Shown here: positions 9,446 through 19,843 of the stretch, piece by piece
How positions within the stretch are numbered: the stretch's first letter is position 1
Layout: every line of letters starts with the position of its first letter
From: Candidatus Levybacteria bacterium RIFCSPHIGHO2_01_FULL_36_15b
GTDB taxonomy: Bacteria; Patescibacteriota; Microgenomatia; Levybacterales; UBA12049
Direction of reading: 5' to 3'
NCBI GenBank assembly: GCA_001782045.1
Contig: MFNK01000008.1
Location: 2,597-66,596, forward strand
DNA: 64,000 bases
Notes under the pieces: model-generated
Seen by the model: the letters and a program-made list of their open reading frames with translations, nothing else
What the model was told of the DNA's origin: nothing
The model's database searches: none
Translations under genes and position numbers: made by a program

Positions 9446-9870
9446 GTTTTTCTTGATCTATATTCTAAAAATGCTAAGATTGCAATTCCCGTTGATGTTG
9501 TTGCGGAAAGAAGGCAATATTGGCAGAATGCTTTTAAATCAAACGCTTGAACTCCAATTAAAACCACAGAAACAACTAAACCAATTCCTGCTAATAAGTA
9601 GAAAGCTTGCAGGAATTTTTCTTTATAATTTGTCAGTATCAAAAGGCATATAATTATAACGCTTAAGTAAAAAAGTGAACCTAAAAGTGCCAAAGGAACG
9701 CCATAAATAACTGAATATTTACTGGTTAAAACAACCTCACACCCTGCAATAGTGCAAGGCGGAGCTACGTTTTTAAAGTGGAGAATAGTTAAGTAGGTTG
9801 TGTCCAAGAAGCCTAAAAATGCAACAATTGCCGCGTAAACAATAAACTTATTTTTTAAATGCATCGTCAA
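9442..9870 (-). CDS. Vitamin K epoxide reductase (VKOR) family protein
   Basis: C-x4-C..VLTSKYS, membrane segments, FCQYC; next to dsbA. Confidence 0.9.
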   Translation of the reverse strand: MTMHLKNKFIVYAAIVAFLGFLDTTYLTILHFKNVAPPCTIAGCEVVLTSKYSVIYGVPLALLGSLFYLSVIIICLLILTNYKEKFLQAFYLLAGIGLVVSVVLIGVQAFDLKAFCQYCLLSATTSTGIAILAFLEYRSRKT

Positions 9871-10582
9871 TTAGTTTTTTAAAATCTTCGTAACTATTGG
9901 GATTTATTCTTGCTCCGTTTAAATAGAAGCTAGGAGTGGAGTTTAGGCCGGCGGAAATCGATTCTTTTTCTGAATCTGCAACAAAAGCTTTGGCCTGCGT
10001 AGAATTCAAATCATTCGTAAACTTAGCAGTATCCAAGCCCAACATTTGAGCGTAATTTACAAAGATTGTCTGTGGAGTTGTGCTTTCCGACCAATCATTT
10101 TGGTTTTCGTATAAAGCATTGTGCATTTCAAAAAATTTGCCTTGAACATTCGCCGCATAAGCTGCTTTTGCGCTAATTTCTGCGTTTTTATGAATATTAC
10201 TTAATGGAAAAAAGCGGTAAACAAAATGCAAATTTTTATAATCTGCCAAAATTTTATTTACAATCGGATGATAGCTTGCGCAAGCTGGGCATTGATAATC
10301 TCCGTATTCAATTAATGTAACCTTAGAATCTTTTGGTCCCTTTTCAAAATCATACTTTGTAGCAAGAGGAACTGTCTGATCTGTGTTTACCGTAGAAGAA
10401 GGGGATTTGTTTACAAATAAAGCTAATCCTAAAATTGCAATTCCAACTAAAGCTGCAACTCCACCCCAAAGGCCAAATGTCTTTAATTGCTCGTTTCTTT
10501 TTGCTTTTTCAGCTTCTTGTGTCCACTGCGTTTTCTGGAGCGCTTTTTTCTGAGCTTTTGTGAGTTTTTCGTTTCCGTTCAC
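9848..10582 (-). CDS. dsbA: DsbA-family thiol-disulfide oxidoreductase
   Basis: EYGDYQCPAC, TPSFYLNG, N-terminal TM anchor. Confidence 0.9.
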   Translation of the reverse strand: MNGNEKLTKAQKKALQKTQWTQEAEKAKRNEQLKTFGLWGGVAALVGIAILGLALFVNKSPSSTVNTDQTVPLATKYDFEKGPKDSKVTLIEYGDYQCPACASYHPIVNKILADYKNLHFVYRFFPLSNIHKNAEISAKAAYAANVQGKFFEMHNALYENQNDWSESTTPQTIFVNYAQMLGLDTAKFTNDLNSTQAKAFVADSEKESISAGLNSTPSFYLNGARINPNSYEDFKKLIDDAFKK

Positions 10583-10677
10583 CTGCTAATAATCGCACTT
10601 CGGTAAGTTTTTTTCAAGAGGGATTATTGACAAGAGTGTCAATGAAAATAGCAAATAAATAGTTTTATCATGCTTTT

Positions 10678-11202
10678 ATGACAATTGAAAACGACTTAAG
10701 AAGAGAATCTCAAGCTGCTTCTAAAACGTTCAAAAGAGCTAATCAAGTCAGAATTCTGGTTCACCAAGAAGCGGTAAAGGCCTGGGAAGATCTTGAGAAC
10801 ACACGGATAAAAGCCTTAGAAGGAATTCTCAAAGAAAAAGATTTAGGAGTTTGCTCGGAAAAGCACTATCCATTTGTCGGGGAGTCTGCTAGTAGAAACG
10901 ATAATACAGAGTTAGGTATTTTTCCAACCTCGCAACTTAAGTATTATTTTGTGGAATTTGTATCACAAGACCCGTGGTTTTATATGTCTATAAATAATTT
11001 CAGGCGAGCCCAGGTTAGGCAATTGTGCCAAGGACATAGCCAAGATGTAAGTTATACTTATACAGAATTAATCGAGGAGAAGGGTAAATTCTTACTGCCA
11101 GAAACCCACAGAGATGTTACAGAGCTTAAGGTTAATAACTATCCAGAAGCCGTTTTTGCTCATTTAGGCATTGCATCATTACCAGCTCGGCCTCGGTTTT
11201 AA
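10678..11202 (+). CDS. Hypothetical protein
   Basis: 174-aa ORF, -10-like TATCAT just upstream. Confidence 0.65.
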   Translation: MTIENDLRRESQAASKTFKRANQVRILVHQEAVKAWEDLENTRIKALEGILKEKDLGVCSEKHYPFVGESASRNDNTELGIFPTSQLKYYFVEFVSQDPWFYMSINNFRRAQVRQLCQGHSQDVSYTYTELIEEKGKFLLPETHRDVTELKVNNYPEAVFAHLGIASLPARPRF

Positions 11203-11267
11203 AAAATAAATTGCATTAACTTCAAGAGGTAGCTTGCTTTTTATAATATTTGTGGTATATTTTCTGA

Positions 11268-11708
11268 ATGAATTTGGAAAGAGGGACAGAAAGAATAAAC
11301 CCAGGCATAGACAAAATTCTAGATAAAACCCAAGAAGAATTTAGTGTGGTTTTCCAAGAAGCAAATGCAAAAAGAAGAAAACTCCACAAAAAATTATTAA
11401 CTTTTATACCTGAAAGGTACCGATGGGATGAGCCAGCTATTTCCTTTACATGGGTATCCAACAATATAAACAGGAGTGTAGTTGCAGATGTAGACGGACG
11501 GACAGTAAATGTAGAAATAAATGCTTGGAAGGACGCTGAAGAAGGCGGAACAACCCTTAGAAATTGGAATAACAAATTAATTGGAAATTCTGCTTCTGGA
11601 ACTCCTAGAGAGCACGAACTTTTACGTATGGCGTTTCAAAAGGTTTCCAGCTGGAAGCTTTCCGACTTAAATAGGGAAAATCCTCTCAGTCGGGGTGCTG
11701 GGAATTGA
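11268..11708 (+). CDS. Hypothetical protein
   Basis: 146-aa ORF with TG-TATATT upstream; 3' end overlaps antisense tRNA-Pro. Confidence 0.6.
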   Translation: MNLERGTERINPGIDKILDKTQEEFSVVFQEANAKRRKLHKKLLTFIPERYRWDEPAISFTWVSNNINRSVVADVDGRTVNVEINAWKDAEEGGTTLRNWNNKLIGNSASGTPREHELLRMAFQKVSSWKLSDLNRENPLSRGAGN

Positions 11709-11761
11709 ACCCAGTGTCTCATCGTCCCGAACGATGCATGTTACCGATACACTACACCCCG
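11690..11761 (-). tRNA. tRNA-Pro(CGG)
   Basis: Cloverleaf CGGGGTG...CACCCCG, anticodon loop TTCGGGA, T-loop GTTCAATTC. Confidence 0.92.
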
Positions 11762-11766
11762 CTTTG

Positions 11767-11838
11767 TACCCCCAGACGGAATTGAACTGTCATCTCGCCC
11801 TTAGGACGGGCTTGCTCTATCCGTTGAGCTATGGGGGC
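11767..11838 (-). tRNA. tRNA-Arg(CCT)
   Basis: GCCCCCATAGCTCAACGGATAGAGC, loop GTCCTAA, GTTCAATTC. Confidence 0.9.
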
Positions 11839-11880
11839 TCGAGGTTATTTTACCACAAATTTATGCTATAATTCGTCCTT

Positions 11881-12648
11881 ATGAATAAAATTGAGTCGGG
11901 TTTTATACCCTTGCCAAAAGTAGAGCGGGAACAGCCTTTAGATAATGTGTATTTTAATTTTAATCTGCCACAATTCGTGGATCAGGACAGAATTGGGGTA
12001 AATATAGGAAGAGTAGATAGAATAAACAATCTCAGTGGAATTTTCGCATTAAAAGTTGAAGGTAAAACAGATTTGGATCAATCTAGCGAAGAGCATAATG
12101 TTGTAGGCGTTAACTCTGATGGTAGTGCGTTGGCTTCAAAAAGTAAAACAAAGAATATCGTGCCTACTGCGGATATTTTTGCGAGAGGAGAATTTAATCA
12201 TTTTGAGAAATCAAATAGCAGATCAGTAGCGCTTGGACTGGCTTTAAACATAAGTGAAATCACATCAAGGATTCAATTATCAAATAAAAATATCAGAGAA
12301 TCAGATTCTTGGTCTAAAGAGATTGACAAAGCATTAAGAGAGAAATTAAGAAAAGGGGGGACAGATAACCTAGTTAAGCTAAATACATTCGAAAAATGGT
12401 GGTTTCCTTTTGCGTATGGAATAATGCCAGGAACTATTTTTGCAATAAACGGGACATTTCCTATGGTTTATTACAGCGTAATTTACTCCTTAGACAAGTT
12501 TTTTGATATTTTGAAGCATAGAGATTATCCTGAAACAAGAATTTCTCTTTTCCCATCTGTTGCTCCACAACTTGATAGAGCTGCCGCTTTGCAGGTTTTA
12601 ACAAGAACTCAAAAGCTGGTTTCCGATTTACAGCCCGATAAAAAGTAG
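11881..12648 (+). CDS. Hypothetical protein
   Basis: 255-aa ORF, TG-TATAAT 8 nt upstream, hydrophobic C-terminal segment. Confidence 0.7.
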   Translation: MNKIESGFIPLPKVEREQPLDNVYFNFNLPQFVDQDRIGVNIGRVDRINNLSGIFALKVEGKTDLDQSSEEHNVVGVNSDGSALASKSKTKNIVPTADIFARGEFNHFEKSNSRSVALGLALNISEITSRIQLSNKNIRESDSWSKEIDKALREKLRKGGTDNLVKLNTFEKWWFPFAYGIMPGTIFAINGTFPMVYYSVIYSLDKFFDILKHRDYPETRISLFPSVAPQLDRAAALQVLTRTQKLVSDLQPDKK

Positions 12649-12661
12649 ATACAATTAGGTT

Positions 12662-13402
12662 GTGAAAAGAGGAGAAGTTATTAAATTTATAATTCTGCGA
12701 ACTGTTGGGAATTTCTTGGTTCTTTTTGCAATTTATGGAATTATTGCGACTTTTGGTCCGGCACTCTATTACGAGCTAAACTATCGAATTCTAACAGCGC
12801 GTGGAGTAAAGTATATTGTTCAAAATCCACAAACTCAAAATATTCAGCCGACTCCAATGCCTAATCAGCCTCAAATTACACCCATTCCAACTTCGCCCAC
12901 ATCCAGGGGAGTTGCAAGCTTTACAGACGTTTTACTGGGCGCAAAAGAACAAGTTTTGGTGGCTCCGGATCCAGAGTTTAGTATTGTTATTCCAAAAATT
13001 GGAGCTTCTGCAAAAGTTTTTGCAAATGTGGATAGTTCGGATGAAAAAAGTTACCAGCAGATTTTGCAGCAGGGAGTTGCTCACGCAAGAGGAACAGTTT
13101 TCCCAGGTCTTTTAGGCAACATTTATCTTTTTGCCCACTCAACGGATAATTTTTGGAACGTTGGAAGATATAATGCAGTATTCTATTTGCTAAAAGACTT
13201 GCAGCCGGGGGACGAAATTACTGTTTTTTATCAAAATATTAGGCACGATTATATTGTTACAGGTTCTCAAATAGTTAACCCAAATGATGTTTCTCATATA
13301 GTTAATGCACAAAAAGAGAATAGTGAAACATTAATTCTTCAAACTTGCTGGCCGCCCGGAACCATTTTTCAACGGTTGCTTGTCTTTGCAAAACCAAAAT
13401 GA
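12662..13402 (+). CDS. Sortase
   Basis: N-terminal TM, YLFAHS, LILQTCWPPG..R catalytic H/C/R. Confidence 0.9.
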   Translation: MKRGEVIKFIILRTVGNFLVLFAIYGIIATFGPALYYELNYRILTARGVKYIVQNPQTQNIQPTPMPNQPQITPIPTSPTSRGVASFTDVLLGAKEQVLVAPDPEFSIVIPKIGASAKVFANVDSSDEKSYQQILQQGVAHARGTVFPGLLGNIYLFAHSTDNFWNVGRYNAVFYLLKDLQPGDEITVFYQNIRHDYIVTGSQIVNPNDVSHIVNAQKENSETLILQTCWPPGTIFQRLLVFAKPK

Positions 13403-14010
13403 AAGGAATAGCGCTAGATATCGATGAAACAATTTCGTATACAGTTGAATACTGGGTTAGACAGCTTTCAAAAAAGTTCGGAAATCCTAAAAATTTAACC
13501 CCAAGAGAAATTTTCGAGCAGTATAGGCTAATACAAAACTTTCCTCATTGGCAGTCAAAAGAAGCTCAAGACTGGATAGATAAAGATAGAAATTCAAACG
13601 AAATCCAAAAGGATTTACCACTCATAAAAAATTCAAACCATAGCGTTAATAAGCTTAATAAGATTATTCCGGTTGTCTGTTATTTAACTACAAGGCCCCA
13701 AAGCGTGCTTGAGGGAACAACATATTGGCTGGAAAAGCATAATTTTCCCAAGGCCAAGGTTATAGGCAAGCCTGCAAAAATAACCTATGAAGACGGTACA
13801 AAGTGGAAAGCGAATATGCTCCAGAAATTGTTCCCACAAGTCCAGGGCATAGTAGACGATAATTTGCATTTAATAGATTACTTACCAAAGACTTACAAAG
13901 GATATATTTTCCTTTATGACATCAAAAACTTCTCTTCTGATTTTAAAAATGTAATAGTTTGCCCAACTTGGGAAGATGTTTTAGAAAACGCAGCAAAAGT
14001 CTACAAATAA
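13399..14010 (+). CDS. HAD-superfamily hydrolase (5'-nucleotidase-like)
   Basis: IALDIDET (DxDxT), YLTTRP, IVDDN; start ATG 13399 overlapping the sortase stop. Confidence 0.75.
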   Translation: MKGIALDIDETISYTVEYWVRQLSKKFGNPKNLTPREIFEQYRLIQNFPHWQSKEAQDWIDKDRNSNEIQKDLPLIKNSNHSVNKLNKIIPVVCYLTTRPQSVLEGTTYWLEKHNFPKAKVIGKPAKITYEDGTKWKANMLQKLFPQVQGIVDDNLHLIDYLPKTYKGYIFLYDIKNFSSDFKNVIVCPTWEDVLENAAKVYK

Positions 14011-14039
14011 TTGACATGTTTGACCCCTTTTGATATAAT
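14011..14039 (+). promoter_or_regulatory. Consensus sigma70 promoter
   Basis: TTGACA-17-TATAAT. Confidence 0.75.
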
Positions 14040-14096
14040 TATTCTTTGTGAATAAAGAGAATTGAAATATTCTTCATAAGCTACAAAAACTACAAT

Positions 14097-14252
14097 ATGG
14101 TAGAAAGAGATTTAATTAGAAACGTCAAAATGTCTTCTGAACCTCAAAACGGAGACATAGGAAAGCCAAGTGATCCAAAATCACAGGAAGTCTATAATAT
14201 GAGGTGGGAAGACCAGAAGAGAAGAAACAGGAGAATAGGCCCCTTAAAATAA
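14097..14252 (+). CDS. Small hypothetical protein (51 aa, absent from ORF track)
   Basis: MVERDLIRNVK...RRIGPLK downstream of a perfect promoter. Confidence 0.45.
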   Translation: MVERDLIRNVKMSSEPQNGDIGKPSDPKSQEVYNMRWEDQKRRNRRIGPLK

Positions 14253-14287
14253 TTGACTTTGCTCAATACTTTGTTATAATTGCCTCC

Positions 14288-14476
14288 ATGGCCGAATTTG
14301 AACCCAAATCTGTTTACAATAGAGAAGTACCTGATGATGTTCAGCGAGAAGGTACTTTGGAGGATTCTGCTTTAAGAAAAGCATTATTTAATGTTTGGGA
14401 AAGAACTTCAAAAAGAATAAAAAGAAATCCCAAAAGACCTAAGCCATTAAAACAAGGTCATGGGATTCACCTCTAA
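14288..14476 (+). CDS. Small hypothetical protein
   Basis: TTGACT-16-TATAAT then ATG 14288 (MAEFEPK). Confidence 0.5.
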   Translation: MAEFEPKSVYNREVPDDVQREGTLEDSALRKALFNVWERTSKRIKRNPKRPKPLKQGHGIHL

Positions 14477-14777
14477 TATGGCAGCAGAGCTTGGAAAACT
14501 AGCCCAACTCGCACGAAAAGATAGGGATTTTTATTCAGCCTCTCAATTTCTTAATGTAGCAAGTAACTTTTTGCTTGATCAAGAACAAATACCACTAAGC
14601 CTAAATCCAAATCCCGAATCTGATACCCTAATCTTTATTGCTCAAGGACTTAAAGAGCGAAAATACGAGCAGGGAGCGAGCTTCGTATTAGCTCTAAATG
14701 AGCTTTTTAATGTAACAGGAATATTTACAGATGAAAAACAAATAGAACTTGTAGAAAAAGCCAAAAAAGCGGCCTAA
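14460..14777 (+). CDS. Hypothetical protein (possibly frameshifted continuation of 14288)
   Basis: 105-aa ORF overlapping the previous one. Confidence 0.5.
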   Translation: MGFTSNMAAELGKLAQLARKDRDFYSASQFLNVASNFLLDQEQIPLSLNPNPESDTLIFIAQGLKERKYEQGASFVLALNELFNVTGIFTDEKQIELVEKAKKAA

Positions 14778-15980
14778 TTATTTAAGGCTGATTGTATAAA
14801 GGTTTGGGGTAATCGCCAAATTGCCTAAGTTAGTTAAAATAACTAATTTTGAAGCTCCTGGCCACGAAAACACGAAGCTATCTACAAAAGGTCCTGCATA
14901 AACAGTTGTCTGATTTTGAGCATCGTATTCCATAATATCTATTTTGCCGTTATGCACATACACCAAGTGCTTTGAATCCGGATACCAGTTTATAGGTAAA
15001 GGGGAATCTTCGGCCATTTTAGGCAAATTGTCCAAGATTTTGTAGTTTTTATCTTCTTTTGTGTCGTAGACATATACCGAATCTTTTTCTATATCCCGTG
15101 ATTCCTGTGTTGAATTTGTGCCTATCAATGGAGGGTTTATTAATGGCTCAATAGTCCCCGAAACGGATGCAGAATAGAGTATTTTAGTATCATCCGCTGA
15201 CCAGTCTAAAACATTAAAATATTGCGAAACTACCGCTCTTACGTTCTTTTTAAGTCCTGCTATTCTTGCCATTTCCTTTTCTAATTTTAAATCTTCCCAA
15301 GTTGCATTAACCGTATCAAGCGTTAAGGTTACATTATCAGGACTTGTGTTTAAGGAATCTGCAGCAAGCAGATAATGCGATGCTAGTGGCGTAGTAAAAC
15401 TTGCCAGAAGCTCCTTGCTATCAGGTGACCATGTAATTGTACTTTGTGAGAAGTTAAGGCCAGCATCGTTTGCAACCTGTGTAGAGGCATTTTGAAGAGT
15501 TAAAACCGGCCTTAATGTCATATCAAGTATATATATTCCATTTTTTAGTGCTGATTGCGATGATACGTTATAAGCAAGAAGAGTCTTAGTTGGATCTAGT
15601 ACCGGGTTTGAAACACCTATATTGGTAATGTTTTCAAGCTTAGGAGCGGCCGGAATAAGCAGGGCATCGGCTTTGCTTACTACCTCTTTTTTTACCGTAA
15701 TTTTTTTGTTCCACGCAAAGTAGCCGTCTTTATAAATTCGCACTTCATATTCTCCCGGGGATAAATTTATGGTATTGTCGGTTGCTGTAGTAAGCTCTCC
15801 GTTTACAAAAACTTGTGCGCCATTTGGGGTACTGGTTGCAACGAGTAAGCCGGTTCCGGCCACTTTAGGGGTTCCGCCTGAAAATCCAAATCTGTAGCCT
15901 TTTCCATAGAGAATAACAGTTGCTGTAATGGCAAGTAGTATGGCAGTGACTGCAAAAGATATAGCAAGCTGTTTTCGCAT
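14778..15980 (-). CDS. PEGA-domain protein with TolB-like beta-propeller
   Basis: TM, STPNGAQVFVNG...LSPGEYEVRIYKDGY, repeated WSPD/WYPD. Confidence 0.85.
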   Translation of the reverse strand: MRKQLAISFAVTAILLAITATVILYGKGYRFGFSGGTPKVAGTGLLVATSTPNGAQVFVNGELTTATDNTINLSPGEYEVRIYKDGYFAWNKKITVKKEVVSKADALLIPAAPKLENITNIGVSNPVLDPTKTLLAYNVSSQSALKNGIYILDMTLRPVLTLQNASTQVANDAGLNFSQSTITWSPDSKELLASFTTPLASHYLLAADSLNTSPDNVTLTLDTVNATWEDLKLEKEMARIAGLKKNVRAVVSQYFNVLDWSADDTKILYSASVSGTIEPLINPPLIGTNSTQESRDIEKDSVYVYDTKEDKNYKILDNLPKMAEDSPLPINWYPDSKHLVYVHNGKIDIMEYDAQNQTTVYAGPFVDSFVFSWPGASKLVILTNLGNLAITPNLYTISLK

Positions 15981-16114
15981 AGGTGTAGGGATTATACAAC
16001 CACACCTTGCCCTCTTGCAAGTTTATTCTATGGTGTTATAATCGTCATATTGAGGCTAACTTCTTAATTGATAGGTTTAAATGATGGTTTGATACGGTTA
16101 ACCTCCTTAAAAAT

Positions 16115-17134
16115 ATGGCGCTGTCTAAACGAGTGGGCATAGATTTAGGTACTGCAAACACGCTAGTTTATCTGGCTGGGGAAGGAATTGTACTTAACGA
16201 GCCGACAGTTGTTGCCGTAACCGCAGAGGAAAATCGTGTAGTAGCAGTTGGAAAAGAAGCAAAGGAAATGCTAGGACGCACTCCCGGAAATATCGTAGCA
16301 ATGAGGCCGCTAAGAGATGGAGTAATAGCAGATTACACAATAACCGAGGCTATGCTTTCGTATTTTATAGATAAAGCCGCTGGTAGGTCTTTATTTTTCA
16401 AGCCGGAGGTTATGATTTGTATTCCTTCGGGTGTTACTCAAGTAGAAAGAAGGGCAGTTTTAGACGCAACTATGGCAGCCGGAGCAAGGGTTGCCTATTT
16501 AATAGAAGAGCCTTTAGCTGCCGCAATTGGAGCCAAAATTCCAATTGCCCAGCCCGCCGGACACATGATTGTTGATATAGGCGGAGGCTCAACTGAATCA
16601 GCAGTTATTTCCTTAGGAGGAGTTGTAGTTCATCATTCGGTTAGAGTTGGCGGAAACAAAATTGACGAAGCAATAGCTGCTTACTGCAAAAAGAAGTTTA
16701 ATTTATTAGTAGGAGAGCGAACGGCTGAAGAAATCAAAATTCAGATGGGAAATGCCTTGATTGATGAAAAGAAGGTATCAGATCAGAAAAAAATGGAAAT
16801 AAGAGGCCGTGACTCTATAACAGGGCTTCCTCGTACGATTGAACTAAATGAAGGTCAAGTAAATGAGGCTATTATGCCGGTTCTTTTAGATATTATTTCG
16901 GCAGTTAAGGGAGTTATGGAACAAACTCCTCCGGAACTTGCCAGTGACATTATTGATAAAGGAGTTGTAATGAGTGGGGGTACATCTCTTCTTACAAACC
17001 TTGATAAGTTAATGACTAAAGTAACAGGGGTTCCATGTCATGTTGCGGAAGATGCTCTTCTTTGTGTTGTTAGAGGAACAGGCGTAGCGCTTGAAAACAT
17101 AGAGCTTTATAAAAGAAGCATTGCTAAAAAATAA
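16115..17134 (+). CDS. mreB: Rod shape-determining protein MreB
   Basis: GIDLGTANT, VDIGGGST, SGGTSLL. Confidence 0.95.
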   Translation: MALSKRVGIDLGTANTLVYLAGEGIVLNEPTVVAVTAEENRVVAVGKEAKEMLGRTPGNIVAMRPLRDGVIADYTITEAMLSYFIDKAAGRSLFFKPEVMICIPSGVTQVERRAVLDATMAAGARVAYLIEEPLAAAIGAKIPIAQPAGHMIVDIGGGSTESAVISLGGVVVHHSVRVGGNKIDEAIAAYCKKKFNLLVGERTAEEIKIQMGNALIDEKKVSDQKKMEIRGRDSITGLPRTIELNEGQVNEAIMPVLLDIISAVKGVMEQTPPELASDIIDKGVVMSGGTSLLTNLDKLMTKVTGVPCHVAEDALLCVVRGTGVALENIELYKRSIAKK

Positions 17135-17370
17135 AATTAACAATATCCTATAATGATTATAGACATAAATAGTACCACAAATAACATTAGACTTTCACGG
17201 ATTTTTTTCACAGTCCATCAGGTTATAGTAATTGGGTTGAATATTCGACTAAATCGATTGTTTTCATTTGCCTCAGGTGCAAGGTAAGGCTAGAAAGTAT
17301 GAGTAATAAAATTATTCGTTTTTATAGAAAACTAGAAAATAATAAAAATCATCTTTTATCTTATAGTTAA

Positions 17371-18081
17371 ATGACCAGCTTAAGCAAAATTTTAATACTT
17401 GGTGTAGGTGTTACAAATGCTAAAGAGCAAGATATCTTAGAGTTTATTACTAAAGGCCTAGAGAAAAAGGATGAAAAGTTTTATGTTGTTACACCAAATC
17501 CCGAAATTTTGGTAATTGCCAACAAAAACTCATACTATAAAAAAGTACTAAACGGTGCAAAAATAGCCTTACCCGATGGCATAGGGGTAGTATGGGGAGC
17601 TCAATTACTGGGTAAACAGCTTCAGGAGAGAATAACCGGTGTAGACTTTGTGAAAAGTCTCTGTAAGCACATTGCAAATCGGCCTATAACAGTAAGCTTT
17701 TTAGGGGGTAGGCATAATATAGCAGAATTAACTGCCGAGTGCTTAGTTCGTGAAAATCCCGGATTAAAAGTTGTTTGGGCCTATAAAGACTGGGAAAATG
17801 CTCTAAAATCTAAGTATACAGACATACTTTTTGTCGCATTTGGGTCTCCAAAGCAAGAAATTTGGATAAAAGAGCATTTTAGCGACATTCCGGCGAAAGT
17901 AATAATAGGAGTAGGGGGATCATTTGACTTTATTAGCGGTAAAATACCAAGGGCACCGGAGTTATTGAGAAACTTAGGACTTGAGTGGTTATTTAGACTT
18001 TTAATTCAGCCGTGGAGAATAAAGAGGCAATTTTCACTTTTAAAGTATATATATTTAATAGTAAAAGAAAAGTTGCGTTAA
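17371..18081 (+). CDS. WecB/TagA/CpsF-family glycosyltransferase
   Basis: VVTPNPE, PDGIGV, FGSPKQE, GVGGSFD, RAP..GLEWLFRL. Confidence 0.93.
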   Translation: MTSLSKILILGVGVTNAKEQDILEFITKGLEKKDEKFYVVTPNPEILVIANKNSYYKKVLNGAKIALPDGIGVVWGAQLLGKQLQERITGVDFVKSLCKHIANRPITVSFLGGRHNIAELTAECLVRENPGLKVVWAYKDWENALKSKYTDILFVAFGSPKQEIWIKEHFSDIPAKVIIGVGGSFDFISGKIPRAPELLRNLGLEWLFRLLIQPWRIKRQFSLLKYIYLIVKEKLR

Positions 18082-18967
18082 TTACCTCTATATCGATTAC
18101 ATTTATCAATAAATCCTTTTATTAATGTTGGTAGTTAAAATTAGTATTTTTCATTTTCACAAATACAAATATTATGTTTTCATAAATTGTTAGATATACC
18201 AATAATTGTAAAACGTGTTGTATTTATTTTTAAAACTTACTAAAATTACGTAAATTTTGCTTGATTAATTATGATATCTTTAGTTATAAATTAATACTTA
18301 AAGATATATACTATATTAGTATCTGAGCCTGAATAAAAAAGTAGTCCTATATTATAAGTAAATGTCATAATGTTAAAATACGAAAAAAAATAGAAGATAT
18401 GTCAATTTTAAGGCTAAATATAACTAATTACCGAATATTTACCGAAAGAAGCATTTTAAGCTTGAGGTGATTTAATTTCACAAATTAGGGTTGCTTTTAC
18501 TCATAAAGCGCTACTAGAATCTAATTAAATATTAAACAATTGACTAAATGATTCTTTGTATTGAGTTTAAAATCTAAACACTTCACTTTTATGCTTAGCA
18601 CACATAATTTTCAGCTGCTAAAATACCCCTAAAAAAGCATTTTCACATCAAAGATTTAGGATATTTAATTAATTTTGAGTTCAATTCACCTAATTCGATT
18701 ATATTTCGTATTTATTCTTTAATTCGGGTTCTACCGCTCGCGCTCGATCGCTTATTAGGACACGCTCATCAATCTCTTTTTAAGATTTAGAATTTTCTCT
18801 CCACTTCGCTAAGTTAAAATCTGCACTAATCCTAATTTTCCAAACACAAACGCAGATTTTCAGTTGTCTCATAATCGACCGAAGCGCTCACGTCACCCGT
18901 AAAAATTCCAAATCTCGCATTCTTGCTATTTATTGAACATTAATCATTAATCATTTATTATTAATTT

Positions 18968-19828
18968 ATGGACTATCAATTTATTGAAGACGAAACGGGC
19001 AATTGGTCTATTCTTGCTCCAAAGCGGGCAAAGCGCCCAAACGAGCTAACAGGTACAGAGTCTATTTGTCCCTTCTGCATTGGAATGGTTGAGACTCCTG
19101 ACGAGGTTTACAGAATAGGCAATAAAAACACTTGGAAAGTTATAGTTGTAAAAAATAAATTTCCCTTTGCCCCAATACATGAAATAATAGTTCATTCTCC
19201 GGATCACCATAAGACTTTTGATGAGCTTCCTATACAGCAGTCCGAGGAAATTTTAAAAGCATATAAAGCAAGATATTTAGAGCATCAGGATAAGGGAACT
19301 GTAGTAATTTTTAACAATCATGGAGAAGCATCTGGAGAAAGCCTTCCGCATCCCCACAGCCAGCTTGCAGTAGTTCCGGCACATGTTAAATTAAATTTTC
19401 AGCATCATGAGATATCGGAAACAGATAAGACTAAGGAAACTGCAGAATTTACGATTTTCGCACCCCAAGAAAGCAAATGGTCTGATGAGGTATGGTTATA
19501 TCCTAAAAAAAGATGTAAAACTTTTGGGGAAATTTCTGGTAACGAGATAAAAGATTTGGCAAAAAGTTTATACAAGCTTATTCAGATTATGGACATGCGC
19601 CATGGCCACGAATTTCCGTACAATTTTATGATTTATCCCTATAAAGATTGGTATTTAAGGCTTGTTCCGCGGCAAAAAATTATAGGAGGGTTTGAAGTTG
19701 GTACAGGTATATATGTTAATACTCAAGATCCGAAAGAAACAATAGAGTTTATAATTGAGCATTTTGATACTCCGGATGAAGAAAAAATAAAATCAGTCCA
19801 CAGAGCAAGTTATAGAAGGGGAGTATAG
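18968..19828 (+). CDS. galT: Galactose-1-phosphate uridylyltransferase-like (HIT family)
   Basis: APKRAKRP, CPFC, NKFP, GESLPHPHSQ, GGFEVGTG. Confidence 0.85.
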   Translation: MDYQFIEDETGNWSILAPKRAKRPNELTGTESICPFCIGMVETPDEVYRIGNKNTWKVIVVKNKFPFAPIHEIIVHSPDHHKTFDELPIQQSEEILKAYKARYLEHQDKGTVVIFNNHGEASGESLPHPHSQLAVVPAHVKLNFQHHEISETDKTKETAEFTIFAPQESKWSDEVWLYPKKRCKTFGEISGNEIKDLAKSLYKLIQIMDMRHGHEFPYNFMIYPYKDWYLRLVPRQKIIGGFEVGTGIYVNTQDPKETIEFIIEHFDTPDEEKIKSVHRASYRRGV

Positions 19829-19843
19829 TGTATAATACGGCCT

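Noticed and set aside
11268-11838. Island integrated at tRNA-Pro or tRNA-Arg
   Set aside because: No duplicated tRNA 3' end or integrase found.
12662-13402. The tag as a sorting signal for the nearby sortase
   Set aside because: The tag is not followed by a hydrophobic segment and basic tail, and carriers lack signal peptides.
18082-18967. oriC or dif site
   Set aside because: No TTATCCACA-type boxes and no adjacent dnaA. GTTGTCTCATAAT near 18863 resembles only one arm of dif, without a TTATGTTAAA partner.
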